Shown: positions 1-7,713 of the stretch, piece by piece
How the letters are laid out: each line of letters begins with the position of its first letter
How positions within the stretch are numbered: position 1 is the first letter of the stretch
Assembly (NCBI GenBank): GCA_965662845.1
Contig: CBFIJD010000015.1
Span: 23,679-54,813 of the forward strand
Source of the DNA: an uncultured bacterium
GTDB taxonomy: Bacteria > SAR324 > NAC60-12
Direction of reading: 5' to 3'
Length of the DNA stretch: 31,135 nucleotides
The notes under the pieces: generated by a model
The model's input: only the letters and a program-made list of their open reading frames with translations
Told to the model about the DNA's origin: nothing
Databases searched by the model: none
Program-made: the position numbers and the translations under genes

Positions 1-1
1 C

Positions 2-1510
2 GAGGCTCTGCGACGCTTGCTCTATCCCGTGCGCTTTGAGCGCGACCGCTCTGGATATTTCTTTGTGCAACGGGGAACCGTCACGCTCGTTCAGCCTCCC
101 GAACCGGCTCTGGAAGGGACAGACGAGCGCGATTATCGTGATCCCAATGGAGTGGCCGTTGTACAAGAAATTGACGAAGCCGCGCGTCGTGGCGGGGACT
201 TTGTGGAGTACGTTTACAAAAAGCCGGATGGCAGCACCGCTCCAAAGGTTGCTTACGCGACTCGGATTCCAGGCACGCAACTTACGTTGGGGACGGGTAT
301 CTACCTCGACAATGTCGAGCGCGATGCCTCGGAATTAGCGAAGCTCATCGACGCACAAGTGACTTCGAGCCTAACCCAAGCGATGATCATCGTGCTGTTT
401 TTGATTGCAGGAATGGGGTGGTATGCGTGGGCGAATGGACGGCAGATCGTCGCAGGGCTCGAAGCCGCCAATCGCATTGCGCGCCGCATTGCCGCAGGAG
501 AAGTCGATGTGCAGATCTTCACGCGCTACAACGACGAGATTGGGACGCTGCTGAAGGAAATGAAAACGATGGTTGAGAACCTGCGGAGTAAGTCAGAGAA
601 CGCCCGCGCGATCGCTCAAGGAGACTTGACGGTGAAAGTGCACGTGCATTCGCCGGAAGATATGCTGGGGAACGCGCTGCAGCAGATGATTCAGCGTCTA
701 GGGCAGCTCATCCAATCGATTGATCGCACGTCTAGCGGAGTGGCTGCCAACTCGATGGAACTCTCGCACAACAGCCAGCAGCTGTCCCAAAGCTCGGCAG
801 AGCAAGCCAGCGCGCTAGAAGAGATCAGCGCGTCAATGGAGCGTATCAACAACCAGATTGAAACCAACGCGAAGAATGCGGGCGAAGCGAACGGCCTAGC
901 GCAAACGTCGCGGCAACAAGCCGAGCAGGGGAATGAGCAAATGCGCCGCATGTTGGACTCCATGAAGGAGATCAGTCAGTCTTCGGAGCAAGTTTCGGCG
1001 ATCATGCGCACCATTGAAGAGATCGCGTTCCAGACCAATGTACTCGCGATCAACGCGGCGATTGAAGCCGCCCGCGCAGGGGAATATGGAAAGGGCTTCT
1101 CCGTCGTAGCAGAGGAAGTACGGAACCTTGCACAGCGTAGCGCTACAGCGGCCAAAGAGACCGCCGAAATGCTGCAAGATTCTTCGGACAAGGTCGCTGG
1201 TGGCGTCAAAACCGCCGATGAAACCGCAGAGTCGCTGCACAAAATCGTAGAGCTTTCATCGCAGGTGACGCACCTGATTGACGGCATCTCCTCTGCCAGC
1301 AGCGAGCAGTCTCGTGGCGCCCGCGAGATCAATGAAGGGCTCGCTCAGCTGAACCAAACCACGCAGCATAGCGCACAAATTGCGCAACAGGCCGCAGGCG
1401 CGGGGCAACAGCTGGAGGCTCAGTCGCAACAGCTGCGAGGGTTGTTGGGCCAGTTCCGCTTGCAAGAACTAGAGGGTCCTGCCGCAGGCCCGCGAGCCCT
1501 TCCCCAGTAA
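2..1510 (+). CDS. Methyl-accepting chemotaxis protein (Cache sensor, TM, 2x HAMP, MCP signalling domain); 5'-truncated by the window edge
   Basis: Frame is open from position 2. Cache_2-like segment (GYFFV...DPNG...FVEY...KP...PKVAY...GTGIY), TM helix [17 protein letters not shown], two HAMP-like repeats (IAAGEV..NDEIG; IAQGDL..EDMLG), and the hairpin-tip signature [37 protein letters not shown]. Confidence 0.96.
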   Translation, partial: EALRRLLYPVRFERDRSGYFFVQRGTVTLVQPPEPALEGTDERDYRDPNGVAVVQEIDEAARRGGDFVEYVYKKPDGSTAPKVAYATRIPGTQLTLGTGIYLDNVERDASELAKLIDAQVTSSLTQAMIIVLFLIAGMGWYAWANGRQIVAGLEAANRIARRIAAGEVDVQIFTRYNDEIGTLLKEMKTMVENLRSKSENARAIAQGDLTVKVHVHSPEDMLGNALQQMIQRLGQLIQSIDRTSSGVAANSMELSHNSQQLSQSSAEQASALEEISASMERINNQIETNAKNAGEANGLAQTSRQQAEQGNEQMRRMLDSMKEISQSSEQVSAIMRTIEEIAFQTNVLAINAAIEAARAGEYGKGFSVVAEEVRNLAQRSATAAKETAEMLQDSSDKVAGGVKTADETAESLHKIVELSSQVTHLIDGISSASSEQSRGAREINEGLAQLNQTTQHSAQIAQQAAGAGQQLEAQSQQLRGLLGQFRLQELEGPAAGPRALPQ

Positions 1511-1560
1511 ACTTCCATTTTGTTGAGTCAGCTGAGTGGGCTGGCTCGTCCCGCTGAGTT

Positions 1561-2934
1561 TCAAGGTCCTGCCGCCGCTGCCCTCGGTTGTTCAGCACAG
1601 TCCGAGACAATCTTGATGTGATAGCGCAACTCTCTTGCTTTGATGGCTCCACGCTGCAAGGCACGTTGGACTCGTCGCTGCGTGAGCGCGGTTTGCAGCT
1701 GCGCCAGCGTCAGCTCTGCAGCGCTAATGCGAAGTTCCTGCAAGAGAAAAATCAGGAATCGCCGGACGCCTGTCTGCCCCTGATTGTAGGCTCCCACGGC
1801 GAGCGCGCGTCGTACTTCGGGGCGCACTTGATACGTCTCTCCGCGATAGCGCCACTCGTAGTTTAGGTAGTGCCGAAACAAGAGCGCAGAGAGCAGAACA
1901 TTGGTTTCGATATGAAAGACATTCCCCGGTTTGCTGGCATATTTCTCTTCTAAAGCGTCGACATAGTGTTCGTGAATGGGGGCATAGCGTTGGGGCAAGA
2001 GCCCTCCGTAGTGCACGCGTCGCAACATTCGGCGCACGATGCGGGTTTGGGTTGCGTAAGGGAGGCGCGCTTCGAGGAGACGCGCTTGCACATCGCGCAG
2101 ACGCAAGCTTGAGACTTGGGTCGGTACGAGGACTCGCTCGGGCAGCTGAAGTTGCTGCGGGAACTTCTCGGAGCGGTAGCCAAGAGCGTCGAGCATGGAA
2201 CGCCAAGTGTCATCGGTATAGCGCTGACTCAGGTGTCGGACTGCGGCTCGTAGTCGCGCGGCGTTCTCAGGCTGACGACGTAGCCGCTCGATTTGTTTGA
2301 GGCCAATGGAGGTGAGCTGGCCCAGACCACGGGCTCCGGTCGGACTCACAATTTTGTAGTCAAGGCGGGACTCCTGAAAATACAGGCAGAATAGCGTAGG
2401 GTAAGGGATTTCAAAAAAATGGGCGCTAGTGTGGATCGCGCTCAAGGTGCGCACGAAGGTCTCTTCGGGGAAAGCGAACTCTTCGTGGCTCAGCACGTAT
2501 TGCAAATACTCCTGAAACCAGCGGCTCTGGCGCAAAAAGCGTTGCAGCTGTCGCAGCGTGCGTTGCTCAGGATAAGCGAAGTTGCCCCAGCCATAATGCC
2601 AGCGGACCAAGGGCTCTTGTAAATGAAGAAAACGCAGAAAGCGCTCGACGGCTGGGTGCGGATCTTCAGGCCACGGAAGCGGTGGTTCAGGAGCCGACTG
2701 TGCCGCGAGCGAGAGGAGTCGGGTGGCGCTGAGAGAGGAAGGGGCTGCGGGGTGCTGCAAATCTTTTGCAAAGAGCGGCCGTAGCGGGAGCGAAAGATCA
2801 AGGGGCACAGGGGAAGGTGTCGGAAAGTTGTGCGGAGGCCGAGGTTCTAGAAAGATCGGGCGCAGTGGGGTGTGCAGCGTTAGGGGCCAGAGCAAAACAG
2901 CGAGGCTGAGCAATCCGAGCGCGCGCCAAGACAT
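1561..2934 (-). CDS. Lytic transglycosylase (SLT-like) domain protein with N-terminal signal/anchor
   Basis: SLT motifs: catalytic QES (LYFQESR), SPTGARGLGQL and AVGAYNQG. Hydrophobic N-terminus followed by a Pro-rich linker. ATG at 2934 preferred over TTG at 2940. Confidence 0.75.
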   Translation of the reverse strand: MSWRALGLLSLAVLLWPLTLHTPLRPIFLEPRPPHNFPTPSPVPLDLSLPLRPLFAKDLQHPAAPSSLSATRLLSLAAQSAPEPPLPWPEDPHPAVERFLRFLHLQEPLVRWHYGWGNFAYPEQRTLRQLQRFLRQSRWFQEYLQYVLSHEEFAFPEETFVRTLSAIHTSAHFFEIPYPTLFCLYFQESRLDYKIVSPTGARGLGQLTSIGLKQIERLRRQPENAARLRAAVRHLSQRYTDDTWRSMLDALGYRSEKFPQQLQLPERVLVPTQVSSLRLRDVQARLLEARLPYATQTRIVRRMLRRVHYGGLLPQRYAPIHEHYVDALEEKYASKPGNVFHIETNVLLSALLFRHYLNYEWRYRGETYQVRPEVRRALAVGAYNQGQTGVRRFLIFLLQELRISAAELTLAQLQTALTQRRVQRALQRGAIKARELRYHIKIVSDCAEQPRAAAAGP

Positions 2935-2943
2935 CGCCAACTT

Positions 2944-3552
2944 TCAGAACAGCGACATCTGCTGGACTTCGCGTTTGGGGGTCGGCTGCGTGCTCCAATT
3001 GACGGTAACTGTCTTGACTCCCGAGCGGGAATCATACAAAAGCTCTCCCTTTTGCATCGCATAGCGGTGGACATCGCGAGTGACTTCCACGTCGATTTTG
3101 CAGTACTCAATGATCTTGTCGAGCTTGCCCTCTTTGTACCACTGCAAGGCTTGCAGGCCGTCTGCGGATTTGCCTGCTCCGATGGTCGGGCGCGCCACCG
3201 ATTCCAACTTCAGGCGGTGGCCGAGTTGTTTTTTCAGCTCGGTCAACATGTCGAGGTTGTTGAGCTCAGCTAGCTCGGTGCGGAGGCGAGCGCGTTGTTG
3301 TGGGTCGGCGTGGAAGGCTCCTGCGAGGACACGATAGTCAAATTCGATGTGGTTGAAGCCAACAACGAGGTCGCCGCGCCGGCAGTGTTGCACGAGATCA
3401 CTGACTTGATGATCTAAATACACATAATGTTGCTCTTCTGCGCTGTCCCAAATCACACCGACCGACATGCCCATGTCTTCAATGTTGCTCCAACCGCCGA
3501 CCTCATCTGCGGAGTATTTGGTTTCGAGGTCAAAGTACAGAATCCGTTCCAT
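2944..3552 (-). CDS. RNase H-like / DEDDy 3'-5' exonuclease domain protein (RNase_H_2/YprB-like), stand-alone
   Basis: ExoI YFDLET, ExoII GFNHIEFD, ExoIII YCKIDV. Ends in QQMSLF. AGGA-like RBS upstream on the minus strand. Confidence 0.85.
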   Translation of the reverse strand: MERILYFDLETKYSADEVGGWSNIEDMGMSVGVIWDSAEEQHYVYLDHQVSDLVQHCRRGDLVVGFNHIEFDYRVLAGAFHADPQQRARLRTELAELNNLDMLTELKKQLGHRLKLESVARPTIGAGKSADGLQALQWYKEGKLDKIIEYCKIDVEVTRDVHRYAMQKGELLYDSRSGVKTVTVNWSTQPTPKREVQQMSLF

Positions 3553-3574
3553 CGTTTCCGTCCTGAGTTACTAG

Positions 3575-4261
3575 ATGATTGATTATTATGCCTTGTTGCA
3601 GGTGGAACCCAACGCCTCTACGGAAGAAATTCGAAAAGCCTTTCGACGCAAAGCGAAGCAATATCATCCCGATTTGCAGCAGCATAAATCCGAGGCCGAA
3701 CAGCGAGAGGCACAGCGCCGTTTTGTGCAGCTGACCCAAGCTTACGAAACGTTGAGTCACCCAGACAGCCGGCGAACCTACGATCGTCAGTGGTCTCGCG
3801 CAAAAGGCCACCAAGAGAATCAAAAGCGCTCCGCAAATACAAGTTCTTCGCATACACAGCGTCCGCGACCAGAAACCAAAACCGAAGATTTCACAGATTT
3901 TGCTGAGGTGACGTTGGAAGATCTCTTGCGAGATGTGGATGATTTGTTAGGGCAGTTCGGGATGCGTCGGGCGGATCCCTTGGAGCTGCTCTTGGAGTGG
4001 GCCCGTGAGATTTATCGAGAGGTGTTGGAGCTGCTGCAAGATCAAGACGACGACCCGCCGAGTCAGACGTCGCACGGCTCACGACAGCAGCGAACAACCT
4101 CATCTTCTCGCCAAGAGCGTCCCACAGACGACCCTCGGGCGGATATCGAAGAAGAGCTGGAACGGTTACGTCGTTACCAGCAAAAGCAAGGGCCCACTCC
4201 CTCTGACGGCGACGACATCCAAGACGAACTTGAGCGTCTGAAAAAAAAATACCGCCCTTAA
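3575..4261 (+). CDS. J-domain (DnaJ-like class C) co-chaperone
   Basis: N-terminal DYYALLQV...IRKAFRRKAKQYHPD...AYETLS...RRTYD with an intact HPD. No G/F region or Zn-finger, so it is not canonical DnaJ. Confidence 0.92.
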   Translation: MIDYYALLQVEPNASTEEIRKAFRRKAKQYHPDLQQHKSEAEQREAQRRFVQLTQAYETLSHPDSRRTYDRQWSRAKGHQENQKRSANTSSSHTQRPRPETKTEDFTDFAEVTLEDLLRDVDDLLGQFGMRRADPLELLLEWAREIYREVLELLQDQDDDPPSQTSHGSRQQRTTSSSRQERPTDDPRADIEEELERLRRYQQKQGPTPSDGDDIQDELERLKKKYRP

Positions 4262-4283
4262 ACCTCAGCTTAGGATTGGCACG

Positions 4284-5216
4284 ATGCCCAACGCCCCGAC
4301 CACTGTTCCCACACCGCAGATTGCGGTGCTGATCCCTTGCCTCAACGAAGAAGTCACAATTGCAAAGGTCGTTCAAGACTTCCAGCGGGAGCTGCCAGCA
4401 GCAACGATTTACGTCTTTGACAACAACAGCACCGACCGAACCGCTGAGATTGCCGCAGAGAACGGCGCGGTCGTGATCCCAGAGCGTAAGCGCGGCAAGG
4501 GGCATGTGATCGCTGCGATGTTTCGCAAAGTGGAAGCCGACTATTTCTTGATGGTAGATGGCGACGATACATACTCCGCAGAGCATGCCAAAGCGCTGCT
4601 CCAACCGCTCCTCGACGGTGAGGCGGATATGACGGTTGCGACTCGTCTTAACGAATACCAAGATGCGTCTTTCCGACCGCTGCATGTTTTTGGGAATAAC
4701 CTCGTGCGTGCTTTGGTCAACTGGATCTTCAATAGCCAATTGGAAGACATCATGTCGGGCTATCGAGGGTTTACCAAGGAGCTGGTGCGCAATCTACCGG
4801 TGTTAGCCAGCGGGTTTGAAGTGGAAACGGAGATGACGATTCGCGTGTTGGATTATGGCTACACAATTCGCGAGATTACGGTCCCATATCGTGAGCGCCC
4901 AGAGGGGTCGTTCTCTAAGCTGAACACGTTCCGTGATGGATTCCGGGTGCTGCGTCAAATCGCGAGCATCGCTAAGTCATACAAGCCGCTGTTGTTTTTC
5001 GGCGTGCTGGCGTTGTTTTTTGGTGTGATTGGGTTGATCGCAGGCGGGGAGGTGATTGTTGACTACGCTGTCGATGGATATGTGGACAAAGTGCCAACCG
5101 CCATTTTTGCGGTCGGCTGTATGCTGCTGTGTTTTGGAAGCGTTGGAATTGGAGCGATTTTAGACACGCTGAACAGCCGTTTTCGAGAAGTTTTGCGGCT
5201 GCAGCAGCGCAAATGA
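4284..5216 (+). CDS. Family 2 glycosyltransferase (DPM1/GtrB/ArnC-like polyprenol-phosphate glycosyltransferase) with two C-terminal TM helices
   Basis: IPCLNEE, DNNSTD, GKG, DGD, DIMSGYR and FEVETE motifs. Two hydrophobic helices near the C-terminus. Confidence 0.93.
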   Translation: MPNAPTTVPTPQIAVLIPCLNEEVTIAKVVQDFQRELPAATIYVFDNNSTDRTAEIAAENGAVVIPERKRGKGHVIAAMFRKVEADYFLMVDGDDTYSAEHAKALLQPLLDGEADMTVATRLNEYQDASFRPLHVFGNNLVRALVNWIFNSQLEDIMSGYRGFTKELVRNLPVLASGFEVETEMTIRVLDYGYTIREITVPYRERPEGSFSKLNTFRDGFRVLRQIASIAKSYKPLLFFGVLALFFGVIGLIAGGEVIVDYAVDGYVDKVPTAIFAVGCMLLCFGSVGIGAILDTLNSRFREVLRLQQRK

Positions 5217-5241
5217 AGGCCAGATCTGGCGCACGTGTTGC

Positions 5242-5880
5242 TTAGAAGCTCCACACATAAGAGAAGCGGAAGCCGTCTGGCAGCAAGAGAGCGACAGGCC
5301 CCGACTCGGTGGCCTCAAAAGCCTCCGCCCCTGCAGGGCGAGGAGCGCCTGGGTCCCAGACTGAGCGGGTGCCAATGAGGGCGCCGACGACGCCACCGAG
5401 CACCGTGCTTGAGCCGATGGTGCGGAATTGATCTCGGCTGGTGCCTGGCCGCAAGAAGGTGAACCACCCCCCAATCATAAGACCCGTGCCCGCGCCGTAC
5501 GCGACGTTACCAATCAGATTTTGCTGATCCTGCTGAGCAATGTCGCGTTGAGCCAGCAAATCCAAGCGCAGGCTGCTCTCAGAGTCATCCGAGAATGTCC
5601 CTTCGTCGATGTATTGGTCGTCTTCGCTGATGGGTTCTTCAAAAGGATCTCCTTCAGCAGCTGGCATCTCGGGCAGCGGCTCGTCGGACATCTCCATCTC
5701 GGAGGAAAAGTCCCGTTGGAGCAATGGATCGTCTGCTGTGTCTTGATAAGGATCTTCGAAAAAAGCGTCTTGGTTACCCGATTGGAATTCATCAAAGAAC
5801 GGATCGCTCTGCGCTAGAGCCGTAAAAGGAGTCGTCAGCAGCAGAAAAATGCAAAGCCAGACGGTGAGATGTGAACGCAT
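5242..5880 (-). CDS. Exported hypothetical protein A: signal peptide, acidic low-complexity region, glycine-zipper hairpin, C-terminal Phe
   Basis: ATG at 5880 gives a clean SPI-type signal (MRSHLTVWLCIFLLLTTPFTALA|Q). D/E-rich stretch, then NVAYGAGTGLMIGG and GSSTVLGGVVGALIG. Ends FRFSYVWSF. Confidence 0.8.
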   Translation of the reverse strand: MRSHLTVWLCIFLLLTTPFTALAQSDPFFDEFQSGNQDAFFEDPYQDTADDPLLQRDFSSEMEMSDEPLPEMPAAEGDPFEEPISEDDQYIDEGTFSDDSESSLRLDLLAQRDIAQQDQQNLIGNVAYGAGTGLMIGGWFTFLRPGTSRDQFRTIGSSTVLGGVVGALIGTRSVWDPGAPRPAGAEAFEATESGPVALLLPDGFRFSYVWSF

Positions 5881-5919
5881 GGGAAATCCTAGTAGATCAA
5901 ACAAAAAATGAAACGGGGA

Positions 5920-5935
5920 TGGCAAGTGGGATGCA
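5920..5935 (+). promoter_or_regulatory. Putative sigma-54 (-24/-12) promoter upstream of the 6024 gene
   Basis: TGGCAAGTGGGATGCA has exact GG-N10-GC spacing with TGGCA and TGCA flanks. It lies in the divergent intergenic region. Confidence 0.45.
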
Positions 5936-5965
5936 AAACCTATTCACGACCTGTGCAAGAGACAA

Positions 5966-5995
5966 GGGTTTCTCAAGGAAGAAACCTGCTTTTTT
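5966..5995 (+). terminator. Intrinsic-terminator-like hairpin in the leader of the 6024 gene
   Basis: Stem GGGTTTCT/AGAAACCT (one G-U pair) with a 6-nt loop, followed by GC and a T6 tract. Confidence 0.3.
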
Positions 5996-6023
5996 CAAAA
6001 ATTTCAAATGTGTAGGAAGAGCC

Positions 6024-6422
6024 ATGCTCCATCGCCTAGTCGCACTGATTATTGGCCTTAGCCTATGGACACACACTGCGGTTGCACAAGAGGCTGGGCC
6101 GCTCCTGATGAAGCAAGAGTTGGGCTATACCTTGGGCGGAGGCGTCGCGGGTGTCGGACTGGGGGTGCTGGTTTGGTTTACAGACCCGCTGAATCCTGAC
6201 ATTACTCTGCGCGATACGGTCGTTGACGGCCTGATTGTTGGAACGCTGCTAGGCTCAATGTTCGGCTTTTATGTGCTGCAAGCTGCGGTGGTGGAACCTC
6301 AACAAAATGCCCTCCCACCAGGGCTAGAAGATTTGCTTGGGCAAGCCCGTCGAGACCAAGAACGTTGGTCGGAACCGGTCAGCCACTCTAAGATTACTGT
6401 GCCCTTGACGTGGAAGTTTTGA
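6024..6422 (+). CDS. Exported hypothetical protein B: signal peptide, glycine-zipper hairpin, C-terminal Phe
   Basis: AGGAAG RBS before ATG 6024. Signal MLHRLVALIIGLSLWTHTAVA|Q, helices YTLGGGVAGVGLG and GLIVGTLLGSMFG. Ends ITVPLTWKF. Confidence 0.8.
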   Translation: MLHRLVALIIGLSLWTHTAVAQEAGPLLMKQELGYTLGGGVAGVGLGVLVWFTDPLNPDITLRDTVVDGLIVGTLLGSMFGFYVLQAAVVEPQQNALPPGLEDLLGQARRDQERWSEPVSHSKITVPLTWKF

Positions 6423-6433
6423 GAAGGACTCTT

Positions 6434-6919
6434 ATGCAGAATAAAACTCGATTGATCGCCTTGCTATTGTTGTTGTGCTTCGCCTTGCAGCCTGTCGCGC
6501 TTCATGCACAGCAAGCGGGTGATGGCCAAGCACTGGGAGACTTCTTGGCCGGCGCGGAGACGGGCCGTGGCCCCGTCATGCGCTCGGTGTTCTGGAATAC
6601 TCTCTACGGCTCTCTCTGGGGAGCGTCGCTCGGCGTTTCTTATCACTTCCTGTCCGGTGTCGCCGTGCGAGAGTCGATTGCCGGCAGTATGACCATCGGA
6701 GGCATGATGGGCTTTGGGCTTGGACTGTATCTTGTGGTGAATGGTTTGAGCTTCAACCAAAACATTCTGATTGATTTCCCAGAGCCTCAGTTTGGACCTC
6801 CGGCGGATATGGAGACCCCCGTCGCGCAGAGAGAGCAAGAATCGGCACCCATCGCGTTCTGGGCGGCTCCTTCTCCGGAAGGCGACGCTTGGGAGGCCGG
6901 CTTTCAGCTACGCTTCTGA
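6434..6919 (+). CDS. Exported hypothetical protein C: signal peptide, glycine-zipper hairpin, C-terminal Phe
   Basis: AAGGA RBS before ATG 6434. Signal ending PVALHA|Q, helices NTLYGSLWGASLG and GSMTIGGMMGFGLG. Ends WEAGFQLRF. Confidence 0.8.
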   Translation: MQNKTRLIALLLLLCFALQPVALHAQQAGDGQALGDFLAGAETGRGPVMRSVFWNTLYGSLWGASLGVSYHFLSGVAVRESIAGSMTIGGMMGFGLGLYLVVNGLSFNQNILIDFPEPQFGPPADMETPVAQREQESAPIAFWAAPSPEGDAWEAGFQLRF

Positions 6920-6937
6920 GTCCCTACCCCCTTTTGT

Positions 6938-7510
6938 ATGACCTCATCCTCCCGCGTTCGCGCGCTGCTCCGTGAACATCTCGTCGAAGCCGCGCTGCTC
7001 GCATGCTTAGGCCCCCTCGCTATCTATTACTACCTCGCTGAAGACCCGCCCGAACCCATCAATCTCTCTCCGTTGGAAGAACGCACAGTGCTGCAAATGC
7101 AGACCGTTGTGGTGCGGGACTACCAAGAAAACCTCCATCGTTGGACCCTGAATGGGGCGAAGGCTTCGGTGGCAGAAGATGCCTCCGTGATGGAAGTCAC
7201 TCAGCCGGTCTTGCAGCTGCACAATCGTCCCGACGCCCCTCCTGCGCCTGAGACTCGTATCCTCGCGGATACCGGATTGATCGACTGGCAACGACAACGG
7301 GTGGAAGTGCAAGGCAATGTGCGTGTGCTACGCGAAAACAAACTCCATCTCCAAGCAGAACGAGCGATTTATGACTTGCGCTCGGAGGTGCTGCGCATGC
7401 CTGGTGCTGTGCAAGGGGCCTGGCAAGGGAGCCAAGTTGAAGGCGCCGACTTGCGATATGAACTCGACACCGAACAACTGGAATTGCGCCAAGTCACCTA
7501 TCAGCGATAA
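6938..7510 (+). CDS. lptC: LptC-like LPS export protein (single TM plus beta-jellyroll)
   Basis: One N-terminal TM, then the LptC-type pattern WTLNGAKA...VTQPVLQL...ILADTGLID...VEVQGNVRV...LQAERAIYD. Size is 190 aa. Confidence 0.7.
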   Translation: MTSSSRVRALLREHLVEAALLACLGPLAIYYYLAEDPPEPINLSPLEERTVLQMQTVVVRDYQENLHRWTLNGAKASVAEDASVMEVTQPVLQLHNRPDAPPAPETRILADTGLIDWQRQRVEVQGNVRVLRENKLHLQAERAIYDLRSEVLRMPGAVQGAWQGSQVEGADLRYELDTEQLELRQVTYQR

Positions 7511-7713
7511 ATCGCGCTGCGCCAGCGTTGCGCCGCCACACGAATTCTTTTCTTTTGAAATCGTTTTCAGTACTTTGGCCGCCTGTTCTCTCTAGTGTGT
7601 CTTCACCCCAAGCATGCTTGCTGCTATGTTGCATCGCACAACAGTCGTCTCAGGAGTGAATTCCGCCAAGCTTCACGTCCGCTCCCTCACAACGTTCCCA
7701 ACTGAGCTCTCTT

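Noticed and set aside
1475..1575. 11-bp direct repeat GGTCCTGCCGC near the ends of the convergent MCP and SLT genes
   Set aside because: Short, GC-rich and inside coding tails; no element lies between the copies, so chance is sufficient.
4241..4249. A9 homopolymer as a possible phase-variation tract
   Set aside because: It encodes KKK within the last few codons of the J-protein; slippage would barely change the product.
3575..4261. Calling this gene dnaJ
   Set aside because: It has only the J domain; the G/F region, Zn-finger and C-terminal substrate-binding domains are missing.
3891..4739. 282-aa minus-strand ORF and other long antisense ORFs (e.g. 13405-14037, 22128-22766, 30404-31030)
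   Set aside because: They lie opposite well-supported genes and show no recognisable motifs; typical shadow ORFs in GC-rich DNA.
5871..6023. Upstream extensions of the ORF-track calls (5925, 5871, 6410, 11047, 28630, 28591, 30308 starts)
   Set aside because: Downstream ATGs give better RBS, signal peptide or domain boundaries and remove implausible head-to-head overlaps.
7609..7620. Perfect 12-bp palindrome CAAGCATGCTTG upstream of the PAS kinase
   Set aside because: Single occurrence with no matching known operator or second copy; cannot be supported as a site.
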